A stretch of DNA of 64,000 nt from Setoptus koraiensis. Taxonomy: Eukaryota; Animalia; Arthropoda. Below, piece after piece: positions 9,286-21,914 of this stretch (the stretch's first letter is position 1; the number at the start of each line of letters is the position of its first letter). The position numbers were made by a program, and so were the translations under genes. Under the pieces are notes generated by a model. The model searched no databases, was not told where the DNA came from, and worked only from the letters and a program-made list of their open reading frames with translations. The stretch lies in the NCBI GenBank assembly GCA_048013815.1, contig CM106585.1, forward strand, positions 13,764,001-13,828,000, given 5' to 3'.

Positions 9286-11373
9286 ATGGCCAACAATATC
9301 CAAGAAGAGGACCAAGCGGGCTCGCTAAGTAACTCGCTCCAAGACGCCAACCAGAATGCGCTATCCAATTTCCCCGCACGAACAGAATCGTTCGACAGAA
9401 GAACGAGCGATTTGGCCGACGCAATCGGTCAATTAGCTGGCCGTATGAAAGTCAACGCCAATAAGGAATCGGGTTTGTCGTCGGCGGGCGACATAACAAC
9501 AGCAACAACAACAACAACAGATACAGATAATTATTGCAACATTGGCTCGTTGCAAGACGAAGTGAACACACTCAAGAGATCGCTGGAAAATGAAAAATCA
9601 AAACTCAACGACGTGCCATGTAAGCGTCATCGATTGCATGCTTAATTCGTGCATTTACAGCATCATTTTACATTATATGTTAATGTTTGCACTGCAATCA
9701 ATTAATTCAATTTTGCATAATTACTAATAATGTGACGTGCTTCATTTTACACTTGTGATTCAGTCTTTTCGGTGGCGCACAAACTCGACCACATAGCCAA
9801 TCTTGCCATCAAGCCGAGACGCATTCTCAAGGCGCACGCTGGCAAGGTTCTTTGTCTCGATTGGTGCCAGGACAGACGTCGACTTGTGAGCTCGTCGCAA
9901 GACGGAAAACTCTTGGTTTGGGACGCCTTTCTCAACAACAACCGGGTGCGTATTGAGCCGACGACACTCAATTCATTTTATCCGTCAATCGATTTGGACG
10001 CGATCCATCAGAAACACGTCATATTCTAATTGTTACTATTCTTATTATTATCCCCATCATTCTGATTATTCCGACCAATCCAATCATTCCGAATAATCCA
10101 ATTATTTCAATCAATGTCAAATAATTACTTCGACTTCGGCGCTAGCCCGAACACTCTGTGGCCATGACCAACACTTGGGTCATGTCGTGCGCCTATGCGC
10201 CGTCTGGCGCCTTTGTCGTTTGCGGCGGATTAGACAACAAAATAAGCGCCTATCCCTTGTATAGTGATTGCAACAATAAACAACAAGACACCATTGCCAC
10301 ACAAGCCAAAAAACGTCCCATTGGCACCCATACATCCTATACAAGTTGTTGCATGTTTTTAGGCAATGATCAACAAATACTAACCGGAAGTGGCGACTCA
10401 AGCTGTGCTCTATGGGACATAGAATGTGCAACATTGATACAGAGTTTTCATGGGCACGAGGCCGACGTTATGTCGCTAGATGTGTCGCCCAGCGAAACAG
10501 GAAACACTTTTGTGTCGGCAGGCTGTGATAAGCGAGCCCTTATTTGGGACACTAGAATAGGACATTGTGGCCAAAATCAGTATATTCAATCGTTTAAGGC
10601 GCACATAGCCGATATAAATTCTGTAAGATTTTATCCCAGCGGCGACGCCATAGTGACCGGCTCGGACGACACCACGGTGAGTCAGGCAGTTATAATAATA
10701 ATTATTGAGCTAGCAAATGATAAATACAAGTCGACTGACTAATAAATTGTGACTGACTAATGTCGTGTTGTTGTTGTCGTTCAACGCCAGTGTCGACTCT
10801 ATGATCTGAGAGCGGATAGAGAGGTTGCTATCTATCAGAAGGACACCATTATATTCGGAATCAATTCGGTGGATCTATCAATAAGCGGTCAGTATGCGAC
10901 TGTTGTCTACAAAACAAACCAACTGAATATGAAAAATATCCCAATACTTGAACAGCCATACCGGCCATATCAGCCAAACACGCCAAATTTATCGGCCATA
11001 TTTATACCTTTTTGCAATCACGCGCTATGCAGGTCGCATTCTTTTCGCCGCCGGAAACGATTACACCATCCACCTTTGGGATTCGCTCAAATGCACCAGA
11101 ATCTGCGTTCTATACGGCCACGAAAACAGGGTCACCTGTGTCAGGGTGTCGCCTGACGGAACAGCACTGTCATCTTGTAGCTGGGATCACACTATCAGGG
11201 TAAGAGAAGACACTGTGGTGGAAATGAACTCTATATGGCAAGAATTGTATATCGTATAAATAACTGTCTCATCTTGTTTCTTTTTGTTGTTTGTTTGCCT
11301 CATTGCAATACATTAAAAACTGTCTCCAATTATTTAATTATATTATTGAACTGGATAACAGGTGTGGGCATGA
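9286..11373 (+). CDS. GNB5: Guanine nucleotide-binding protein beta-5 (WD40), 6 exons: 9286-9619, 9764-9945, 10146-10676, 10791-10887, 11033-11199, 11362-11373 (440 aa)
   Basis: Motifs [61 protein letters not shown]. All introns are GT-AG and the spliced length (1323 nt) stays in frame. Confidence 0.93.
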
Positions 11374-11490
11374 GCCAGGATGAAACAGGGGCCAATGATC
11401 AAACTATTCAGGGATAATTTCTCATCAAGTCAACATCAATTGCATTGGAATAAGCGCAATAAAGTTTTTGTTTTTAACATTGCTGCTCCT

Positions 11491-14400
11491 TCAGCTATTA
11501 GCATTTAACATTGATTTCCAATAGTTTCTTATCATGGATTTGGTGCCGTTTGAGTTGCCACTGAAAAGCAGCTGAGTTAAACCATTAGTAGTATTAGTAT
11601 TTTTGTTGTTTCCATTTAGTTGATTGGCACGACGCATTTTCTCAGCATATTCTTCCCAGGTAAACTTGGCCTTGACAGAATCTTGTGTCATGTAGTGCAT
11701 GTCGTCCTAAAATCGTCACGTCGATCATCGTCGTTATATGATCCAATGTAATCCAATGTGTGTAACGTTACGGATGGTATACGGTTGCAATTAACAACAA
11801 CAACAACAACAATAGAGTTTGTGTGTTATGTTTTAATTGTTGAACACAAAAACGGAATAGACAAGTCAATTGGTTGTTGATTGAGTTAGAAGATAAAGAC
11901 GTGAGAGATTTTATATGAAAGAAAGAAAAAACTGGGCCAATCAAGCGAACGATTCTCAGCAAGAGGGCGTGAGAGAGCCGTTAGTTTGTTTGAGCAAATC
12001 CAGTTAGACAGGACAACAATAGCGACAACTGAGAGGCTTTTGAACTTTGTTAAAAAGGAAGGGTGTTCATCCGTATGGCAGTATGGTAGCGGTGGGAACA
12101 TATCACATGACGTCTTATTTGTCTCATTTGACGTAACCGGCTACCAGTGAGACAACGCCGGCAAAGCGACAGTTGCAACCGTGGACTTACCTCGAATTGG
12201 GCCAGTCGCTGGGACAGCTCGCCTTTTTGTTGGACCACCTCCATGAGTTGACTAGTAATTTGCATATTCTCAATGCGTGTTTTGGCTAATGCTATCTCGG
12301 CGTTGTTTTTCCTTTGAACGGCCTCATCGCGCGCCTTCCACGCCAATTTAACTATCTCCTCTTTGGGTTTATCACAATTTTCGAGATCACTTTCCAAGAT
12401 GCCATTGCGTTCCTTGAGATTGTCCAATTGCACTTGCTGTGTAGTGGTTAGTGAGGTCAATTCAATTAATTGGTCCTCTTTCTTTTTTAAATCATCGTTT
12501 AGTTTTTGATGCAACTTCTGCAAATGCTCATAGTCAGCGCGTTCTGCAATCATCAGCTGACAAGTGGCACAGGGCTATTTTCGTTGTTGATAATGGCACA
12601 GGAATTGCAGGGCAATGGGGCACCAAGGAACGGCACAATAATGGGCAATAATGGAAAATGTGCAAATGCGCGTAGTGTTTAAAAGCGCACGTGAAAAACA
12701 CGTTACAAATGTAAACAAACAAACATATCGCATGATGCATTACGGAATATATATTGAAATAATTGGATTATTGTAATAATTGGATGATGATTTAATTAAT
12801 AAGTTTATGTAATAAATCATCAACAACCGATCACGATCACTTATCGGTCAGAACGCTTACCATTTCCTCTATGAGGCCCTTGACATTGTTCAATAGTTTG
12901 GTCCATTGAACTGGGTCGCAAGCCTGGGCAGTGCCCCTCGGCGATTTGGCTGCAATGGTTGAATGGATTTTGCATAGGATAGTTGTGAAACAAAGATCAG
13001 TGAATCAGTTTGAAGACAGTTTATTCAGTGAGGATCTCAGCTGAAAAGGCTCCGAGTCGAATATGCACCGGAGATCCACTCACCATCATCAGCGGATATG
13101 CCGCTGTCCTCGGCAGAATTGGGGCTGTTCAATTGGTTGCTCTGCAAACTAATCAAGGACTCCTTCCTGTGCTGAAGATCGATATAGAACCGTTTGAGCA
13201 AATCGTAGATTTCGACCATCAACTCCTGATATAAAAGAATGTTAGTAAGTCAGTATGAGAGAGGGCCAGATGAAATCAAAGTGATAGAGCTGCGAAGCAT
13301 GTGGATGTAGCCAAATAGATAAAGTTGACACTTACCTGGCACATCTCGTTTAATTCGTCCTCGTGAGCGGAAATTTCGTCGCAATCACTGGCCGAAGATC
13401 TGTGACCACTGCTATCGTCGACATCGTCCACACTACTAGATCGGTGATGTCCATGAGAGCCAGATAGCGCAAGCAAGTTTTTGCTATTTGGCGACGACAA
13501 CGACGATTGCAATTCCAATTCATCGTACAACGATGTAGGACCGTGATTGGCCGATGTCACTTGATTATCATTGTCCACATTATCTGTGGTCAGTTGTTGT
13601 TCATTGTTGTTAGACAATAGCATGCCCTTATTATTGTGATTTTTGGCACTAGAACGATGTCGGTTGTGTTGTGCTCGTACCGAGGTTGACAATGGTCGCC
13701 TGTATTGATGATGAGATCTAGCTGACGATATTTGGTGTTGTCTCAAATTAGACAAAATCTGTGGCACGTTGGACGACTGTTGTTGTTGTTGTTGTTGATC
13801 AATTGTAGAATTATCACAAGTTGCGCTAGCCATGCTGCTATCATCCAATTTATTTGCCAGCCATGTATTGGCATGACGCAATTCATCTAATTCTCTTTGT
13901 TGATTCATTAATTTCACATCCTTGTCGTTGATACATTTCTCTAGCATCACAATTTTGTCACCTAATTCCTCTAATGACATATTTAAATTGTTTCTCTCAC
14001 AATTGCTTGTGTTGAGTCTACGCTCGAGCTCCTCTTTTCTATTGCTCAGCAATTGTATCTCCTCTCTTAGTGTGTCCAATTGAACTTCGTGATCTTGCCG
14101 ATTCGACAGACGAACCTTGAATTTGCCCATCATTTGCTCGAGCTGATTGGACACTGTCTTTTCCGATTCTTGTGCCTGTTATTGTTGTATTTTTATCGAT
14201 AATGAGAGCAAAGAGATGAGTTAGGAGATTGTTAGGAATAGCTTACAGTTTGAGAGCGATTTGTTTTGAAGATAAAATGGTTAGTGGGCAATGTTAATTA
14301 CAGGCTGCTGCTGCCGCGAATGCAAATCCATAACGGTGTTATTGTTTTCGTCTCCACACACCAGACTGTCATCCAGACTGTCACAACTGAAATCGTCGAA

Positions 14401-17400
14401 GGCGTTAATGGAGTCTATTTCGCATCTTTCATCTTTTAATTGCTGCTTAGCAGCTTGCAAGTCTGACGGAGGGGCCGCCGACGAAGATGCTTTGCTGAAT
14501 GTTAGAAAACGCTTCTTAAAATTGCGTCTCTTCTCTTTGATAGCGGGCGCGTTGTAGCCAGATTTCAGGCTCGAAATAGATATAGAGCCTAGACTCTTCT
14601 TTCTGCTCAACCAACGGTCGTCGGCACGAGCCTCATTCTCTCTGACGACCGGCAAGCTCGAGTTGTGGCTTGATTGTGGCGCATCACAATGCGAATAATC
14701 ATTGGCCGGATGTTTGTGATCTAGCGAGATGAGCGATTTGAATTTCTTCATCTTAACTGACTGTTAACTGACACGCTGTTAGAAGCGGAAAAATAAGTTC
14801 TTGGCTCGGGTTCGGTGTGGCGACTATATCTGACTATCTGGGCACGAGTGAGCAATGATTGTAAATGTACAGTAATAAGGGAAATTGTGGCCACAATCAG
14901 CAGGCTAAAAGCAGCGTATGATTTATTGATGGGTAATTTTTTTTATTCACAATTGTCAGTGAGGCAAGCGCACAATTAATTATGAGACAACTGCTGTCTC
15001 TGACTTGTAAACAAAGGCATATTGTGCAATTTGCATTGTGGATGACATCATCATGGTGACATATGCCCACTGACTGACAGACACTGACAATGTCAGCAGC
15101 GACACACATGAATTAAAGTATCACATGTCGGCTAGATAGACAGCTGTAAATGTAGCCAAGATAGAGCATAACAATTATTGGCGCCAAATGCCAATGACAA
15201 TTCATTGTTACGTATGACGTGTCGCTACTTTATGATGACATTGGTGCACTTGTCGTGGTGGCATCAAGTTACTACTGTCGCCAGTTATCTGATCGCTCTC
15301 GAGACTCACAAATCAACAAATTGTCAACAAATCAACGACGCATTTGCCGCGTTTATTGACAAAAAACAGCTGACTTATCGATTGCATCATTAATGGAATG
15401 TTATAGGCGAGACTGTTGGACTGTTAGAGGCGAGACGCTTTCAAATGAAACTTCAAATCAAACACAAGATTGAACAATGATTAATCAGTTACACTGCCGT
15501 TGATTTGCTGTCGAGCGATGCGGGCCAACCAAGAAACACACAACTACCGTTACAAAAACCTTATTGATTATGTATTGTTTGCATTGTGATGCAACTGACA
15601 ATTGTGAGCTTTGTGTCGGTTGTGTGAGCATACAGGCGGTTAGTGATACAGGCTGGCATGTTGGTGTAACAAGCCTGTTATGCTAACAAGTGCTAACAAG
15701 CTAGACAAAGCTAGACGAAAGTGAAAAGAGAGGGCCGCTATTGATCACTTGTATTCTCTCCACTGTTATGTATTTATTTATTATTGCTATTACATAACAA
15801 AACGAGGCCACACTACACGCACTCACTGCACAACTGATACAACAAGCAATAACTGTTACTGTAGATGATCACCTGTATCATCTGTAGTATTATGCAGTAT
15901 TATTACAGCAGTATTATTACAGCAGTATTATTACATATTACATATTATAAACAGTTCAAGCAGTGTCAGGCGAATCAGAGAGGCTCTCGTGACCCGCTAA
16001 TCATGTTGCGTAATAATCATGCGTTGCGTAAGCGCGTGAGACACACAATATGATCACATTATGATGATCAATTGTTGGCCGCTGAGGGAAAGCGAGCCGG
16101 CCGCTACACAAAGCGACTCGCCAATGCATACTGTATATCCTGGAAAATACCAGCAATATATATTACGTGTATATATATTGCTGGATATATATTACTGGAT
16201 ACATGTTGCTGGATATGTATTACTGGATATGCGGACAGGAAAGAGGATTAGAGTCTGAATGTTGTTGCAGTGTTTACAACAAATTGTATGACAACAACAG
16301 CCACAACAACAGCGACAACAAAGAAACTGCAAACCGCTGCATCTAGATCCCGTTCGCGCTCATTCACTTTTGCTCCAGTTTTAAGCTTGCTTGGGCCGGC
16401 TTTGGCCAGCTAAAACCAGCAGCCCAAAGAATTCACTTTCTCATGACGAGCGCAACCACTGACCGCTGCAAGTTAATCATAATCATCATAATAATGACGC
16501 TGATGATGATCCAGTTGGCCAGTTGGCCAGTTGGCTGGCTGCCGCATGCAGCAACATGCGGCAAACAATTTGCGGCTATAATTAATCACCACGACGCATA
16601 GACATCTTGGCATGCGTCTTCCGTTGCGTCGCGCCCGTTACGCAACTGCCGGCCATTTTAACTGGCTAGCTGCTGCTTGGCCACAGTTACGCAATGCTAC
16701 CTGTTACATTATCCTGTGACTCGCACAATGTGTGTGTGTGTGAGTCACAGGCAAAGCTGGCAAAAGCTGGCAGAGATTGAATGATGATGCTAAGCAACTT
16801 GACAGCCGCAACGGTAGCAGTCATCACAACATCACACGGCTCGCTCGAGTCAGCAGTGGTCATCGCAACGAATTGAGCATTGAGCTTCATTGGCTTCTCT
16901 TGTTTGTATCATCTTCATAATTCACTCTCCATTATATATATATTGTTCGCTTGGCAAGCTGCTCGTCTCCAGTTGGCATGATCGATGATGCAAGCTGTGA
17001 AAAGAGCTAGCAGACAATTGTTGTGTCGAGCTTGTGCCGGATTTGTGTCGGATTAGTGGCAATAGTGATTCATCAGTGAGCGAGAGGAGCGGGCAATTGG
17101 CCGCCAGCTTGCACTTACCTGTTTCAATTCATTGGTTAGGCGTTGATTTTGCTGTACAAGATAATCAAAATCGAGCTCCTTCTCCTAATAAAACCCGTAA
17201 TAATAATCGTAATCATATTCGCACAATCACAGTCATTGGTTTATCATGGTTGCATGGCGCAAGCAACAATGGGCAACCGGTGATTGGTTTGCCATTGGTC
17301 GATCAATTGTTATGGTGGCAGTCGGTTGTTTCGGCAAGTTGTTGCGTTACGTTAAACGACGTGACAGCACGACGACAAACAAGAGTGGTTGTTGCAGTTG

Positions 17401-20400
17401 CATGTCGTTGTCGTTGTTGTCCATGTTGTCGTTGTCGTTGTTGTCGTTGTTGTCCATGTTGTCGTTGTTGTCCATGTTGTTGTCGTTGTCGAGCCGAGTG
17501 TGAGCAGTCATCAGTGGACAATTTGATTTCGTTTGATACACCACAAACGGGGGGGAAAGTTGATAGGAAATTGTTATTATTATTATTGTTGTTGCGTTAT
17601 TGTTGTATGTGTGAGATCAAGAGAGCTTGCCATCTACGGCGCCGTCTACGGTGTGCACTGTATCTTTTATCCGCATTAACAAGTGTTACAGTGTTTGCAG
17701 TTTGCCGTTTGGGCACAGCTTGCACAGGTAGTGAAACGGCATTAGTAACAATTTAGGATTTTAATGAAAATGAAATGAAAAAGGACAGCGACAGCGAGAG
17801 AAAAATGAAAGTATCTCCGTTGTGCACCGTTGGCCCATCCAACTTTATAATCAACTAACTCACTGTTACTAAAGCTACAAAGTGATTAGATCAACTGGAC
17901 AAAACGGCACACACAATATCGTCGCTGGCCTGTATTATCCGCCAGCCACCAATTCTAATACTAATACTATAACTCAACCACCAACCACCAACCATTAACC
18001 GTTAATCGACGCGATCGTGCCGAAACTCACACACTCGCAAACAGTTACAGTTGGTCTCACACAACGAGAGTTCATTTTTACCTGTTCATTTGCGCCACTT
18101 TCCAGCAAAAGCTCGCTTGTTTGTCATTACATGAGACAACAACAACAACAACAAGGCACGATCAACGTTAATTGATATATATATATAACTGCTGTGATCG
18201 ATAAATATACATCATGGGAAGCGTGATATCATCGACGCTATCAACTCGACAGTATCGGCCTGTCGAGCCGGCGATGACTTCAAATTGCAACTCGCTCTGT
18301 CTGTCACTGTGACAGTGTCACAACGACCAGTCAGCTGGTTGTTGCTCCCCACTTGACTGGTGTGGTCAATATGACACACATGGCCGTTTGTTGCCCGGCG
18401 ACGAGCGACGAGCGCGATCTGCGACCTGTGACTTGACAGCGTCAAGTGTCATCGACACGTCAGCTGTTTTCCGTCATCCATGTCCGGTCAGCTGTTGCGC
18501 TAGTTGTTGTGCAGTTAGTTGCGCACATCTGTCATCAATCATCTGTCATCAATCATCTGGCACCAATCGCTGACAGATGCTAACAGATGATATACCGACC
18601 AATAAACAAGAGCATTTAAGCAAGTTGTTGATTACGTAACGCGCACACTTGATTACGTAACGCGCACAATTGGCGCCACTATCGTCGCAAATGTAACTTA
18701 CATAATTATGTATTATGTAAAACGCCAAAAGCGGGCGAAAATGCCAATCGGCGCCGATCATGAAACTTTGATGAGATCGGCGCCGATTGGCAGCTCATCA
18801 AAGTTTGATGATCAAACAGGTTGCTGTGGCGCGTTTGGGACGGCGCTGCCAGGCTAATTAGTTTTGGGCATCCATCTATCTGTCGTCGTTGGCGATTCGT
18901 CGAGAACCCGTTTTAATGTGTGCGCTCATTGGCGTTCGTTTGCGTTCGGTTGCGTTCGGTTGCGTTCGTTTGCGTTCGTTTGCGTTCGGTTGCGTTCGGT
19001 TGCGTTCGGTTGCGCTCGTTTGCGTTAATCGTCCTTGGCTATTGGCCGTGTGCGATCACTATTGTCTACGGCAATCGGGAGATCGGCCGATCAGGGACAA
19101 ATGAACAAATGAAGGCGAGCACTTATTGGCCACCAACGATAATAATAATAACAATGAGGGCACCACCACCACCGACTACAACAACGACAGCAACAGCAGC
19201 GACGACAGCAGCAACAGCAGCAACAACAACAACAGCAGCAGCAACAACAACGACAACAACAACGACAACAACAACAGCAGCAACAACAACAACAACAACA
19301 ACACAGTTCGATATACAGTGATACACAGTGTACAGGTGAATTGTGGCCGAATCAAGAGCAACTCTCGCTCTCACAAGCTGGTTGTAGTGACATAACACAT
19401 GAGCTGTTGATTGACAGGCAAGTTGGCGCTGACGAGAACAGTTGCACTTGTTGTGTCGCTCATTTGCATATCGCTTGCCGTTGCTCGAGTTGATCCACTC
19501 TAATGGAGTCAGTCTGGCACAGTCGCTGTGGGCACACAACGAGCGATCCAGCGACCACTTATTAGAGATCGATTTAAAGTGGCCAACGGGCCACTTTGGG
19601 CCGCTCGTCATGACGACGGCACAAACGGGCGCCGTTATTTGTGCGACGCTGCCAAATTAAGCGTGAGCCGAGCGCTGTTGCTGGCATGTTGTTGGCATGT
19701 TGTTGTCGCTCTCGTTCTCGTTCGCGACAACAGGTGACACAAACAACAACGACAACAACGACAAGCACAGGGCGACAGTCGTCGTGCGATACCGGCCAGC
19801 GCAAGCGCAACAGCGTGCCAATTGACTGGCAGTCACAGGTCGCTGCTCATGGTCAGCGCAGTTCCCATGATGCGATCGATGCGACGCAACCGATCGATCG
19901 TCTTGGTCAGTCTGTTTTGTTTTTGCGCCTTTGCATGGGCTGGCATGGTAATCAATGGCAACATGATGATAAATAGCAGCGTATGCGCGCAACAATCTCA
20001 CAGTCACAGGCAGACGCGCGGGGGTCAATCGGCGAGCGAGTTGCGACTGGCGAGCGAATTGCGAGTGACTCGCAGCGAGCGACTCGCAGCGGCCAACGAA
20101 CTCACCTGTGTGTCAGTTTGGAACTGTCAGTAAATAGATCGCATGTTTGTTTATATTTTTTGCATCATAAATGAGCAGCCCGAGGAAATTGCTCGCAAGC
20201 ACAGTGATGCACAATGATGATGCCAGTTGATCAAGGTGACGCGCTCCATTGGACACAACACATTGCCAAGTGTAACAACAAACGTGAGCACATGCTCCTC
20301 TGGTGGATAGAGTGCGAAAGTAAAATTGTAGCTAAATTAAATAGACAATTCTGACAGCAAACACACTGTGACAGTGAGAGAAACACGACGACATGGCTCG

Positions 20401-21870
20401 TTTGGCGTGCGACTTTTCCTACGCTCTCTGTCTGTCCGTCCGTCTGTCTGTCTGTCCGTCTGTCTGGACATAGTGGACAGCCTCTAGTGGACGGTCCGCA
20501 GCGCTAGAGGGCGTGACTTGGCCCCCTGTCTAATTACTTGCTGGCCGGCCGTCGGCGCGACCAACACATTGCATAACATGCACACAAAACAAACAAACGC
20601 GCAACAGGTGCTTGACACGGTTGCGCGAACAGTTGAACTGTCAAAACAACTCACCTGTGCACGCTTGCGCTGTCTTGGGATGCCATGTCCACACACACAC
20701 ACTGTTACGTAACTAACGTAAACAAACACACAGGCAATGCAGTTGGCGAGATATATTGTTTGTTTGTCTGTGTGTGTGTCTGTTTGTTCGCTTGTTTGTG
20801 CTCGGGCCGTGCGATCAGGCCGATCAGCTGACTTGATCTAATAATAATTAGATCAAGTCAGCTGACTGTCAGTGGGACTGTGCAACTGTCATCGTGTCAT
20901 CTGTCATATTGAATATTGCACTTGCCAGACTTGTTGGCAAATATGCAAATGTGGCTGGGCGAGTGCAAACAATTGTAAGTTGAACTGCTCACACTGTTCA
21001 TTAGCACACAAGTGGCAACTGTGCATTACATAACTTCAACTTGTTGGCTCCAACACGCCGCCAATGCAGCTCTCCGGTCAGCTGTTTCAGCCAGTCCAAT
21101 CACAGCCAGTCCAATCACAGCCAGCCAGCCAGCAGCACCTGTTGACACGAAGCCAATTACTTTTTTATTTTATTCTCTCTCTCTCTCTCTTGTTTATTTG
21201 CATCCATCATCATCGGTCTATTTATATCTGCATGCCGCTGCCGCTGCTATTCACTTTCATGCACTATTCACTTGGCACTTGACGATGAATATTTAGCGCC
21301 AATGAGCTAAATATTCATGAATCGCATCCGCTATTGCCGGCGTTGGCCGCTATTGGCGCCACCATTAAAAGCAGCGTTACCGTTATAAACGTTACTATTA
21401 GCGCTGCACTCTGCTCACACTGTCAGTTGGTTGGTGTGCCCAGGTAACGAGGCAACTGGACCCCAAAAGAGTGCGCCCGTTGCCATGGCAGCGCCTATCA
21501 GTGGCCGGGCCAAATGAGATCATTTACCTTTGTGTTGTTTGGGCTGTTGCTGTTGTTGTTGTCGGTGTTGTTGTTGTCGGTGTTGTTGTTGTTGTTGTTG
21601 GCGCTGTTGCGCAATCTGCGATGATGCAACTGGCGACGGTGAACTAGTTACAACGTTGGCATCACTCGTCAACTTGCGCAACTAGTTAACGCACTGTAAA
21701 TACTTGCGTAACGTAACGGTGCCAACAGCACAACAAGTGCAACGCAACCCCCCCGTACAGGTGATAGACAGACAGGGCAAGCGACGATGGCCAGCGACAG
21801 AGACAGAGAGCAATTTGCTCGGCTTGCATCTCATCAATCTCGGCCTCATTGTCAACCACCCACTGTGCCA

Positions 21871-21914
<44 letters not shown>

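Noticed and set aside
21520-21680. Possible poly-Q BICDR exon (LRKLTSDANVV...QPKQHK G|gtaaat)
   Set aside because: The donor phase (1) is incompatible with the next exon (0), and the content is mostly microsatellite.
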